A DNA stretch of 64,000 nucleotides from the human T2T-CHM13v2.0 reference genome, Homo sapiens. Every line of letters starts with the position of its first letter. Within the stretch, counting starts at the first letter, position 1. The notes beneath the pieces are model-generated. The model did no database searches and was not told the origin of the DNA. It worked only from the letters and a program-made list of their open reading frames with translations. Positions 24,802 through 40,875 of the stretch are shown piece after piece. The position numbers and the translations under genes were made by a program. Location of the stretch: NCBI RefSeq assembly GCF_009914755.1, contig NC_060929.1; one strand, 5' to 3'.

Positions 24802-26868
24802 GTATTCAGGTATTTGATAATTTTCTGGCTACTTGTTCTGTTAGTTACTGAAAGAAGAATGTTGAAGTCTCCAAATATAATTGTGGATTTGTCTGTTTCT
24901 CCTTTAAGCTCTGTCAGTTTTGCTTCCTGTATTTTGAAGTCTTATTGTGAGGTGCAGCCGAGTCATCTGGGATTATGTCTTTTTGGAAAACTGTCCGTTT
25001 TATCTTTATGTAATGCCCCTCTTTATACCTGGTATAGTATTCCTTGTTCTAAAGTTGGCTTTATCTGATACTGATATAGTCATACCAGCTTTATTTTATA
25101 GTGTTTTTTCATGGTATATCTTTTTTCTTCCTTTTCCATTTAATCTATGTCATTATATTTACAGTGGATTTCTTATACACAGTATAAGAAAGATTTGGGT
25201 CTTGTTTTTTAGCCTGATTTGACCATTTCTTTTAATTTATATGTTTAGACCATTTATATTTTATATAATTATTGATGTGGTTGTTGAATTTAGGTCTACC
25301 ATTTAATCATTTGTTTTTTGTTTATCCCCTCTGTTTCCATTCATCTCTTCCCTCTCTCTTTCTTTCTTTTGGATTATTTATTTTAAAATGTTTTATTATA
25401 ATTTAATTTCTATTATCCTTTGTGTTTGTATCTCCTAGAATATTTTTGGTGGTATCAGCATTGTAGTAAACAGACCTAAGCTTTCACAGTCTACTTGAAG
25501 TTAATATTTTGCCATGTTAAATGGCATGTAGAGTATAACAAAAATATACATATATATATATATAAAAACTATATATATATATATAGTTTTGTGGTTGTTA
25601 GGCTCTACATGCCATTTAACATGGCAAATATATATATATCTTATATATATATATAGTTTATAGATACAGTTTTTATATATATTTTTCCTTTACTCTCCCT
25701 TTTTTATGTTATAGTTGTCATGTGCAGTACCTCTATGTGCATTTAAAACTCCACAAAATGGTGCTTAAATTCTTGCTTTTAACCATCATACTTTTAAAGA
25801 ACTTAAAAGTCAAAAATAATCTATTTACTGAGATATTTTATCATTTCTATTGTTCTTCCTTTATTCCTGAACTTCCAAGTTTCCTTCTGATACTATTTCT
25901 CCTCGGCATAAAGAATTTCCTTCAACATTTCTTTTAGAACAGATGTCTTGGCAACGAATACTGTAAATTTTCCCTGATCTGGGTATGGTTATATTTCATC
26001 ATCACTCCTGAATGATATTTTTGCTGGATATAGAATTCTCATTGACATTTCAGTTTCTTTTAATGCTTTAAAGATATTGTTCCATTGTATTCTGTTTCCT
26101 GATGAGAAATTTCTAATTATTCAAGTCACTATTCTTCTATGTATGGTATTTTGATTTTCTCTGTTTTCAAGATTTTTTTTCTTCATCTTTGCTTTTCAGC
26201 AGTTTATGATATGTTTGGGAATGGTTTTCTTTGAGTTTATCTTATTTGAGGTTGGCTAAGCTTCTTGGATCTGTAAGTTCATATCTTTCTCCAAATTTGG
26301 GAGGTTTTCATTCATGATTTCTTCCAATTTTTTCTTCTCCTCATCTTTTGGGAATCGAAAGACATAAATGTTAAACCTTTTGATATTTTCTTACTTGTTT
26401 TTAAGGCTCGGCTCATTTATGCCTAGTTGTTTTTCTCTCTTTTCTTCAGTTGAGATCATTTCTAGCTTCACATTCACTGACTTTTCCCTCTGTCATCTCC
26501 GTTCTGCTATTGATCCCATCCAGTTAATTTTTAATTTCAGATATTGTTTTATTGGCCCTAAAATTTCTGTTTAGTTCATTTTTTTATAGTTTATATTTCA
26601 CTTCTGAAAACTGCCTTTCTATTCCTTTCAATAGTGTTTACTTTCATCTCATGGAGCATAATTACAGTAGTTGGTATAGAGCTTCTGAGTGATAATTCTA
26701 ACATCTAGTTCATCTTGCTTGGTATCTGTTGACTGTTTTTTCCCCTTGAGAATTGGTCACATTTTGCTGTTTCTTTGTAAGTCACATAATTTTGAGTCCT
26801 GGACATTTTGAATATTGTATCATGAGAGCCTGGGGATTGTTTAAAGAATTGAAATCCTCAGGAGATTT

Positions 26869-28202
<1,334 letters not shown>

Positions 28203-28735
28203 TTGATTGTTTTAAAAAATTTCTTAAAGCATGCAACAAACCAGGGTAGATTCAGACCATAAATTGTTTCCCCTCCATTGGGTGATAGTTCCAATGTCAG
28301 TTAGTTTTCAAAACCTTGGTTATGCTGCCTTGGATCTGTCTCATGCACATGAAGTGTGACCAGGACTTCTACCAGTTTGTACACAGAATTCAGAGATCCC
28401 CGTTTCCACCTCCTGGTTTGGGGGTCCTTTTTCCCTGTGCTTACACCAGCTCAATAAGCGTTCTCAAGTTTTTGCTGCATGTGTCGTTTATAAAGTTCCC
28501 TGGATGGGGCTAATTTTATTTCAATGCTAGGAGAAAAAAAAGAAGGGGAAACATAATGGCAAGTCACCCCCATCAGGATTGCTTCTCCAGGTTTTATTTT
28601 CTCTCTCCAATCTGCTTGCTCTTACTTTTCAGAATCCTCAGGTTATTAGTTTTTGTATTTTGTCCAAAGTTTTTGTTGTTATCATTGGGAGGGACGGGTG
28701 TGGACTTACTCCATCTTCACTAGCCATGTTGTGTT
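28203..28735 (-). mobile_element. Probable continuation (5' part) of the ancient L1M
   Basis: Old-L1-like sequence resumes after the L1PA junction. Confidence 0.5.
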
Positions 28736-28860
28736 TTTAATTGGCATTTTAAAATATAGAAATGCAGATTGTAAATATCTGTGGCTTAGATGGGTTGTGG
28801 CCCTTTTTGTTTTCTGTTGATAAAAGCTATTTGATATTTAAAATAATAGATACTCTTACA

Positions 28861-29226
28861 TAGCAGTCCCCAACCTTTTTGGCACCAGGGACTGGTTTCA
28901 TGGAAGACAGTTTTTCCACGGATGGGGGGTGGGAGAGGATGCTTTCGGGATGAAACTGTATCACTTCAGATTATCAGGCATTAGTTAGATTCCCATAAGC
29001 AGCATGCAACCTAGATCCCTCACATGCGCATTTCACAATAGTATTTGTGTTCCTATGAGAATCTAATGCCACCGCTGATCTGACAGGAGGCAGAACTTAG
29101 ATGGTAATACTTGTTCGTCTGCCATTCACCTCCTGCTGTGTGGCCAGGTTCCTAACAGGCCATGGCTCAGTTCCTAACAGACCACAGACTGGTACCAGTC
29201 TGCAGCCTGGGGGTTGGGGACCCCCG
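28861..29226 (-). mobile_element. MER1B DNA transposon, opposite orientation to the 11733 copy
   Basis: agcagtccccaacctttttggcaccagggactgg...gggggttggggacccc; small internal duplication of gttcctaacag. Confidence 0.9.
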
Positions 29227-30337
29227 CCCTAATGGAAGAAGCTTGTTTATTTTTAATGAGGAAGAATGTACGCCCTATCTTTTGGATAAATAAAACATAA
29301 ACAGTTTTCATTCCTACCATTATTATGCATTTAACAAATGATTAAAACATAAACAGACATGCACACATACCTTTTCAAAGAAGTAGTGTTGTGAAAAGCT
29401 TTGGAATACTGGTAGCTGTCTTGCTTTGAAATTTAAGTAAAACTTGAACTTTTAAAATTTGTGAAATATTTGCTTGAATTTTCTACTTCTTCGAAGAATG
29501 TAGAAAGGAATAATTTATCAGACCTTAATTATTCAAATTATGAATTATGCCTTTATTCTAAATGTATGATTGCCTTTCCTTTGAAAAACTAGGGAAATTT
29601 TGATTATGGTTTAGTAATTTTACTCATGAACATATAAATTTAGTGATTTCAACTATATTTTTAAAATCAGTTCCTGATTAAATCATTTAGGGAAGTATGT
29701 TTAAATGGATTTTATTTTTGAAAGACGTATTTTACTGGCTTTTTTTTGCCCCAAACTATTCATATTTTACTGACGGATAAATATGCATACTAATTAATAA
29801 ACATAATAAAGTTTGAAATTATAAGGAGAACAGGAAGTTATTTGTGTCCACTATATGCCTTAATGATTTTATTGTAAAAAGTAATTTTAGAAAGTAAATT
29901 CAATTTTTGTGCAGAACCATTTGGAGTGATATATTGCAGTATCCATGTATAGAGTCTGTAAATTGGACACTGGGATTGTATATGTTATTGGCATTTTTGT
30001 CTAAAATGTCATACAAGTAAGAAGTTGATTACTATTGGCATTTGTGAAATATGAAGTATATTTTATTATGTAAGAGTATTTGGATATTTGGTTCAAACTT
30101 TGGATCTATTGTCCTCCTTTCAATAAACTCTCTGTGGGATTTGTGGCTTATGTTAAGGAGAATTAAGTTATAAAAATGACCGACTTGGATCTCTTTTGAA
30201 ATTGTTTAAAATTTATAATTAACTTGATAATTTAAAAAATTTAAATTTAAAATTTTAAATATATAAATTACATTTTTAAATTTTAATAAATTTAAACAAT
30301 TTAACTTGATAAAATTGGATGTTTTTATAATTTTTGA

Positions 30338-30607
<270 letters not shown>

Positions 30608-31039
30608 TAATAGTAACTTACAATGTATATGGGAAAATGATTTTACCAACTTAAGAACTTACAACTCCAGTACTTAATATGTGTTGACTGTGAGTGTATG
30701 TGTGTCTGTGTGTATGTTTTAAATTTAACTGAGATATTTGTATACTTTTTTATATTCTCAGAATATGGATGGATATAATACTTATTTTATATACTAGTAT
30801 GTGTTAAAATGGCCTATTAATGATTTATTATGGACATTCTTCTCTAATTTAAAAAGATCATGGAGTAGGATGGTTAATATATTACTTTTAAAACAAACTG
30901 TCAAGAGGCTTGAGGAGCTATATGTTTTTATTTTTCTTGATCAATCCATGTTTGATCTATTGCATAATTTAGTCACTTAATTCTTAGTTTTAAAATGTAG
31001 TAAGGAAATATTTTATGACTCGACTGAAGGACATAGAAT

Positions 31040-31165
31040 GCTGTTGACATTTTACTGGGAAATTTTTTTATTGTGAGGGGTTGTCTAGCCCACCTGCTGT
31101 AGGCTAATAGTGCCCTCCAAGTTTTGGGACAACCAAGAAATGCTCCCAGACATTTCCAAAAGAAC
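31040..31165 (+). mobile_element. MER20-like hAT fragment
   Basis: ctgttgacatttt...ttgtgaggggttgtc...gacaaccaagaaatgctcccagacatttccaaa. Confidence 0.65.
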
Positions 31166-33609
31166 CTCTGTCTCATTTCTGTCCTGTTTTTTTTGTTTGT
31201 TTTTTTTTGTTTTTTGTTTTTTTTTAGCTTCTCCCTCTCTATTGTACCTATCTATTCAACCCAAGTCTCTCCCATCTTTAAAAAACTTCCTCCCTTGGCC
31301 CCATTTTCCCTTCTACCTGCTGCAGAATGTTCTCTTCCCTTTCAAAATGAAATTCTTAAGTAATTATTTCTTGCCAATAGAAATTTTATTAACTAATTCA
31401 TGACACTATTTTTGCATGATTCAGTGCATTTTTTGGGAGAAAATTTGAAAGATTTTAAAGTCATGATAGAAGCAAGGTGGGAATTAAATAACATTAGGAT
31501 TCAGAGTCAAGACTACATTCTCTATGTACTAGCCACATGCTGAATTTGTACTACTAGAAATAACTGGAACAATGTGCTGAGTTTGAATGTGATGTTAGTA
31601 TAGTGTTTTTAGTCTCTGCAAAGAAAGAAAATGATATGTATTACTCCATAGGGACTTTTCCAATCAAAAAGAAGTTTTAGGACTTGAGAAAGACAATTGT
31701 CTGACTCTGCCTTGTCTAGAGATATTTGCCATGGGAATTCAATATTTGAAGTCTGTCATATCTTTATTGCCCATGATGATTGTATTTAATAACTTCGAAG
31801 AAAATAAATGTATCCCACATACCCCCAGTTTTTTTCCAGGTGCTCAGAATTTTTAAGTTTAATTGTTCAACATTTATTCTCTTCCGTTGCTAGGAAAGGG
31901 TATGCCTACATCTACATAGGTAATATCCTTAATCCCCTTCTATTTATACTATGTTTCATTCCCCACTGCTTTTGGGGACTGCTACTCAAACATTTTACAT
32001 TTTACTTTTTACATTCCATTTATTCTGTTACCCTTGATTAAGCATGAATATTTCATGGCCTTAGAAAGCTGGTAAGAAATGGTCCAGCCTCCAGACTTAA
32101 AGAGTTCATTTCGCTTATGGTTTGGCCTAGGTGATACAATTTGGGACCTTGTTTCTAAGGGCAGTGTTTATATCTGTTGGACCGAAAGGCACCAGGGTAC
32201 CTACTTTTAGCAGAATACCCCCATCCTTCTGAGGGGCTGTCAGAAGAGACATGCCTACAGAGGAGGTCTGGTGTTCATACCTGTAGTGCCCTTCCCTGTA
32301 AAGCTCAGCTGGCTCCCCAGGGTAGAGCTTGTGGTGGCCAATAGAGTCCAGCAGCTGTGCCATTGCAGCTGGACTGAGTGTGCACACAGTATAGGCCATG
32401 GACGGAATTTCTTGTGTTTACACATTAGAGTGCATGTGAAGGGCTTATCCAGGCTCTGCCTCTGCTGAGGTAATTTTTTAGAATTAATGAATAACAACAT
32501 TGCAATCTATACCCTTTGAAAGAGAATAATTTTTTAATATACCAAAAGTATAGCCAATTTTATAATTTTTTTAGTAGAAGAACAAAAATATCTCCTTTTT
32601 ACTTAATTTCCCAAGTTTTCCTTAATCAGCATGTATTACTATTTTGTGTACTTTATGAAAAATTCTTACAAATATGTGTATTTATCATTTAAAAAAATTG
32701 CTCAAGATAATTATTTCCCTTTTTTCAATCTTACTGCACAATTGAATAGCCACTGACATTCAAGATTTTAAAAAGTTGACTAATTTTGATACCTAGTCAA
32801 ACCAAATTTTTAATTGTATATCTTCTATGTCCAGCTACATACTTAATTTTATGTGTTTCCCATATTATTACAGGACTTGTCATTTAAATTTCATTTCATG
32901 AGTATTTAGCCTCTTTTGTTGTCATTGGTTTTATTAGAGCTAACCATGTTAAAAGCCTAGTGTGTGTACGCAACATTTCTCTACACTTATATAGTCACAT
33001 ATAAACATGTGAAAGGTTCAGGTATCTATTAATGTTTTATAAAAATGGAATCATGTTAACAGCTTGCTATTTGAGCCAAATCAATAGGCAGACCTCTAAC
33101 TCACTCTTTTAATACATGCATAATACTAAGTTGCTCTTTTAAAGTCTCGTTTTAGTTTTAAATTTTGTTTCTATGATTTCAGCTTAACAAAATAAATGAA
33201 ATGACAAAAGATACTTACATGAGGCTAAAAAACACTTATGTGAGGCTTGGACTTTGAAACATTTGATCAATTGACTGTGAGAGGTCACGGAACCAATTTC
33301 TTGCTGGGCATGGGTATGTTTATTCTGCTCAGCAAAAAGCCCCAATAGATTCAAAACGTCCTTAAATGTAGGACTTTGCCTTCTCCCTTGCAGTTTCACT
33401 ATCCATCCACCTCTAGTGAGGAGTCTGGGTGGGAGCCATAACAGATCATCATTATTTATGCCTCTCAAATGATCTATCACACATGCATTTTGATATGTCT
33501 ACCATTCAGGTACAGATAGCTAAGTTGACCTGAGACCAAACTGAAGTAATGTCTCTTTGTTAAAGACTTGTCAAAAGCCTTTCCAAACCAGCTGAAGTAG
33601 CTGAATTTT

Positions 33610-33750
33610 CAGTAAGGATATCTGTGTTTTAATCTCCACTGTCACTGCCTGATGGTGTGACCTTGGCAAGTCACTTTACTTCCCTTGCTTTTCAGTTCCA
33701 TCAGCAGAGTAAAGGGGTTGGCGTAGATGAGTTCTCCAGTCTCTTCTTCT
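33610..33750 (+). mobile_element. MIR3/MIR fragment
   Basis: gtgtgaccttggcaagtcacttt...aggggttggcgtagatga. Confidence 0.65.
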
Positions 33751-34889
33751 CAATTCAGTTGTCCTTTGATTTTTGTGTTTTCCCTTATGTCTGTGCTCAG
33801 CCAAAGGTCCGGTGACAGGAAAATGAAATCTTACCAATTAAGGAAGCTCTAGATTTTGCTTCTCATTTAATTAAGTCTCAGAACAATGAGAGGTTATATT
33901 TGAACTAGGTTAAGTACACATAAATAAAAATAGTTTGTTAACCTGATTTCCAGTTGAGGATTGCTAAAGTTTGTGCCACAGTTGAAGGTAAGTTTAGAGT
34001 GGGAACCCAAGGGGTGGGTGTGCAGGTAGAATTTGAACCATATAATCCTTAGGAATTGAATAATCCCAGGAGTTGAGGTGAGAATATCCTTTATTCCCCA
34101 AACATTTCTTTTCTCCGTCAGGTCCTGAAACTTGAACCCTCTTCGGAGTGTATGGCTCTGCTCTTTTGTGATGCCCTGGCATACACTATGCTGGGGACAT
34201 CACACCAGTCATGGAACCTGCCCAGGAGTCAGGAGGCAGCCTGTAGGGGCAAGGTAAGTGCGCTGGTTTGTTTTGTAGCTATGTTGTGTGGCTTTGTGAA
34301 ATGTTAAATATATGCATTTATGCCCTTTGGGATATAAAGTGATATTTAAGCATTATATCCCAAGAAGCATAATAGTTTTAATTGTGCAAAACCGCACAAT
34401 ATAGTTAAAAAATACAACCAAAAGCACAACCCTTATGCATATCTTTAAAGGCTGACTGCATAATCCTGAAAGGTTCCATGGCTGGTGTCGCATCTCTTGC
34501 ATAGTGTTTGTGAGAGCTGTTGATCCCATAAGGGCAGCCCACCACAGCACCTCAGAAGTGGGGAGCAGTGAGTTTTCCTGTGACTTTTGTGCTGAGTGGC
34601 TCCTTTGAGTGTATTTGGCATGGAAACTAGACTTGACAATTCTTTTTGCAGGACGCCTTTAACCTTAGCTTTAATGGCTGCAGAATGTTTGTGTTTGATA
34701 AACAAGTGAGTGAATGGTGGCTCTTGGGCTGACCTGCCTCTTAGTACTTAGGATGTGAGAGTATTCACCCTTCACCCTTCTGCTTAGGGGGTGCAGGACA
34801 ATGTGTGTGGGTGTGTTCATGAACATCTGGCCACAGAATGGTATGACTGATTTATTCACATGTGAATAATAGCTGACACGGCTTTCTGA

Positions 34890-35087
<198 letters not shown>

Positions 35088-35342
35088 TGACCAAACCGGA
35101 AAGACATTTCCATGACTTACTTCTTTGTTTAGTTTCTATAGCATTACTGGAATGGGAGGTGGAGAACTGAAGGATTCAATGGGAGATGGATGAATGCTTG
35201 GCAATAGGAGCTGAGATTTTCATTCAAATCCAAGTTCAGGAATGGTTTCTTGTGTCTTTTTAATAGTATTTTGGGAGAAACATCTTACTATTAAATTCTT
35301 TTTTTATGGATATATCTGACAGTGGCAACTTTACCCCCTTGA

Positions 35343-35648
<306 letters not shown>

Positions 35649-35849
35649 TGAGAAATTTGGGGCATCTTTTTCTTAGTTGAATGTTGTAAGCAAAGATTTT
35701 TTTTTTTAATCTCTCAGGTTAGTTACTTTTTTAAGGGGGATAATTTTCTTTATTGTTTTAATGACTATTTAGTATGTCTAAATTATTTAAAATGCATGTT
35801 AGCTAAATGCCTTATTTTGTGGAAGTGCATTTTAATTCTAACAATAAGG

Positions 35850-36075
35850 ACACAGCCTATGCTTGAATCCCGGCAATCCTAACGTCCCAAATGGGTGCCT
35901 TAGGCAATCAGTTGACGTCTCTGTGATTTTGAATTCTCTTCTGTGCAATGAGGCTCAGTAGAGGGCCTATCTCTTAGAGTTGTTGAGAAGATTAAACCAA
36001 GTTAATTTCTGTAAAGCACTTAAAGCAAAGCTTGGCACAATGTGTAAGCATTCTAAAACTTTTTAGCTGTAATAA
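35850..36075 (+). mobile_element. MIR SINE
   Basis: ttgaatcccggc...ccttaggcaa...agagttgttgagaagattaaa...tgtaaagcactta. Confidence 0.75.
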
Positions 36076-37664
36076 TTTGTACATCAGGACATGTTACTAT
36101 ATTTACTTAAAGTGACCAGAATAGAACTGGATTTTTCAAATTCTGTAAATGACATTTGATGAGCTGTCAGCTGAAAGAACACATTTAACTTCTCTTTATC
36201 TCAGTTTATTAATCTTTTAAATTTTGAATAACTATTACTGAGTAATAGTAATTGCAAAGGGTTGAATTACATGCACAAGACCCTGATCAGATAAAGAAAT
36301 GTATATGCTTTTTCTGATTAATCCATGTACATCTTGTTCCTTCTATAGGTATAAATTTTATTTTTATGTTTCTTTAGCAGGTTCGTTTTCACTCTGTGAT
36401 TTTATTTTTCATTAAGAGGGATAGTTTTAGTTGCTGGGTTTTTGTTTTGGTTTTGGTTTTGGTTATATTTTTGTTTTTAATGCTTGGGTGATTATACACA
36501 TACTAGAGTATAACTAAAAATTATTAAAAGGCTAGAGGTTGGAGCAAGTGTCTATTGTAACTTTTAACAGTGAAAAAAAGTCAAAAGTTACAGTTGAACC
36601 AAAGGAAGAGGGAAGCTCAGATGGGATTGGAATGTGAGAGCCCCGATTGTCGTGACTTTGTCCAGTTCATGATGTTCTTCATATCATCACTGGTGTGTGC
36701 AAAATACATTGCTAGGTACTTTGGAAAATTTTTCTGAAATCCTTCTTCCTTCAACACATACACAGTCTATGGTGAAAGGAATTTATTTCTGAATAGTATA
36801 AAGGATAATATTCAAACAAAGAGTGCAGGACTTGTTATACTGTGCAAAAAGAGAGCCAGTTCGTGATGATCATCTGATTTTTAAAAAAAATCATATTATA
36901 CATTTTATGAATAAATGTTGACTTTTAAAATTTGTTTAAAATGTTGTAATAAAAAAGGAAAGTGTAAAAATGTTAGTTAGTTTCCTAACTAACTAATGTT
37001 CCTAAACATGTTTACATTTAGGTAAGTTACAGAATATGTTAACTTAGACTCCTTTGATTGTCTTTGAGATAATTCTGTAACCTTTAGGTCTAGACCATTC
37101 TTAGACCCATTTCTCTTTTATCTTGCAAGCTATGAAAACTTTTATTTCCAACCATTCTTAGGTATTGCTAGGATTACATGTCTATACCTATGTCTTTCCC
37201 TACTTTATTTTTGGTAATTGTTTTTCCGTATTTTAAAAATAGGCTTTTCCATAGCTGTTACAAGTCTAAAGTACCATAACAGCTACTTGTTATGGGCCAA
37301 GATTAGTAAATGGAATATCTTATACATTTTCAAAATTATTTGGCATGATGTGTTAGCTTATTGATTCTGAAAAAAAACAGATTTATTTGATTTATTTTTG
37401 ATTTCTCATATTTCCTCAGTTTCTATCACTTGACAATATATTTGTTTATATAAGCACAGCATTTCCTTTAGCCCCATCCATATATACATACACATATATA
37501 TACATATATATATGTGTGTGTATATGTATATATGCAAACATATTTATTTGGTTGTTTCCAGGAGTAGTGCTCATGTTTCTTTTTTCCTACTAATTATGTT
37601 TATGAAAGCCAGCAACAGAAATTGAATATAAGGACCTTTTCAAGGAATCTAGGACTCGACTTAA

Positions 37665-38012
<348 letters not shown>

Positions 38013-38161
38013 TGATAGTTGATTGCTTAAAACCAGAAGACTTGTGAAGGAACATTGGATTCATGGAATGGCTCTTCAGATATTTACATGGCAATATTTT
38101 TCTTGTATATTTTATATTGTATGTAAATTTTGTTATGTTTTCCTTTAAGAAGGAGCTACTA

Positions 38162-38324
<163 letters not shown>

Positions 38325-39081
38325 AAGAAGGAGCTACTATTATTTATTACTTTAGTAAACACTTAGATGTAAAATACTGCATTATTTACAACAATGGAAT
38401 ATATCTTAAACATAGCTTTTTTTCCCAGCATTCTGCGGTTTAACTTGAAAGCATTATATTCTGTGAAGAAAATGAAAAGGATTATTTCGTTCAAATTATA
38501 TATAATCGTCTATTATCATTCCCCTTTATGGCAAAGGTTCTCTCTTAAATGGCTTACAGATTCACACTAAGGAAGATTTTCATAAGGTGATGGGGGTAAT
38601 TTAAGGATATTCATGTGGGAATACAAGTCTAACCCAAGCTACAGCTGCCTTCAAGTCCTCAATTTACATGACCCAGTTAACACTGATTTAGAGAGGTCTC
38701 TTCTGCATATCGTGGTAGAGTTACCAATTGATAATTCCAGTGGGACTTCTTAGTCCTCTCTAATGCCCCCTCCTAGGGAAGTGGGGGAGTTGTTCCTAAT
38801 TTCTCAAAAGAAAATTTGGAATTCATTTTTCCCTATACAACATAATTTAATAGTGTAAGTAGTAATGTTGACTCAGTACCCTAGACACATGAATTAAATA
38901 GATGTTTGGGAGCTGTCCTGGAAATTCAGTACCATTTATATTGACTTACAGATGAACCTTTAGAACTCAAAATAGTTGACAAGTTGGGGATTATGGTACC
39001 TTTTGATTGGTTTCTTAATTAAAAGAGAATTTCGAACAGAATTCAGAACTGGTTTATCAGGATGCTGCTATTAAATGGTAA

Positions 39082-39351
<270 letters not shown>

Positions 39352-40548
39352 TGAATGGCAGTAGTCATTGTTTTTCTTTACATTATGTTTTATGGAACCA
39401 TGTAGTTAACAGCACCTTTGGTTAGCAAGAGAGCAAGAAAATGGGCACTGTCATGCTTTCACGCAGGCTGCTACAAAACTGGGAAAAGTCTTAGAGTTGA
39501 TAGTTGGCAGCCTGTTTCGAGAATCTTAAAAATATTTATTCTCTTCTAACCAGTGATTCTGTATCTACGAATTTATCCACATTTATGACTACTTCTTAGC
39601 ATAAAGTTATAAAATAAAGATGTACATCTTAGCATTTAGAACTAGAAAATCTAGTTTAGGTGCTTTTCAAATTTGTCTTTGCATTGAAAGTGACTTGTCA
39701 CTTAAATATTTTAGTCTACTTTAAGGGGGAGTATTAAATGTCATTTAAAACTGTTTTATATCATACATTCCTTGAAAGCTGTGTTTTGAGATTTCACTTT
39801 GGCCCATTGAAACTTAAGAATCTTGACTAAAAAGACTGCCCAAGGGCAGTGGGTGGAGGTAAGGCAGGGAGTAACGATGTCCCTTTGTTGCTTCCATGGC
39901 TGGATGAGCTCAAGTCTTGCCCCTTCATAATTTGCCCTGTGATAGTTGCCTTCATGGACTGTGGGTAACCCAGACACTGTCAGGAGGGTGAAAGGCATGA
40001 GTCTGAATTCACTTTCCTTGGGAGTTTGATGGTTGAAGTTTGTTATAATTTATAATAGAAGCACTTTAATGGAGACAAGAGAATGTTCAAAGAATCATTC
40101 CTCTTGTGATAACTGATGACTCTTGGATAATAAAAAGGACTTGAAATTGGGTTATATATGTTATGTTCCCTACTGTTTTTATTATGGAAACGTTTTGAAT
40201 GCCAGGATTTAAAAAGTGGTGAGTGCAAGTCATCGTGTAATTTTACTATTGTGTAATTAAATTTTGTTTTTCTCTTAAGTATTCTTAGTTCATATTTTCT
40301 TAGATTTATAGTTTTCTTTGGTGATTTATTTTCAAGGGAGAAAAGTATTTGTAATGTTATATCCCCCAAAACGTAAACATTTAATCATTCATGGTCATTT
40401 TTAAAAAGATACTGGAAGACTGCACTTTAGCCTAAAAAACATGTTTTCTGGCTTTCTCAGCATTAATCCATAATTCATTTGCTTGTACGGGGAAGTATAA
40501 ATATTTGTACTTATCATATCATCTGCAAAAGTAGTTTCTGAGCTCTGA

Positions 40549-40875
<327 letters not shown>

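Noticed and set aside
37479-37534. Quasi-palindromic (TA/CA/TG) tract as a pre-miRNA
   Set aside because: Low-complexity alternating purine-pyrimidine repeat; self-complementarity is trivial
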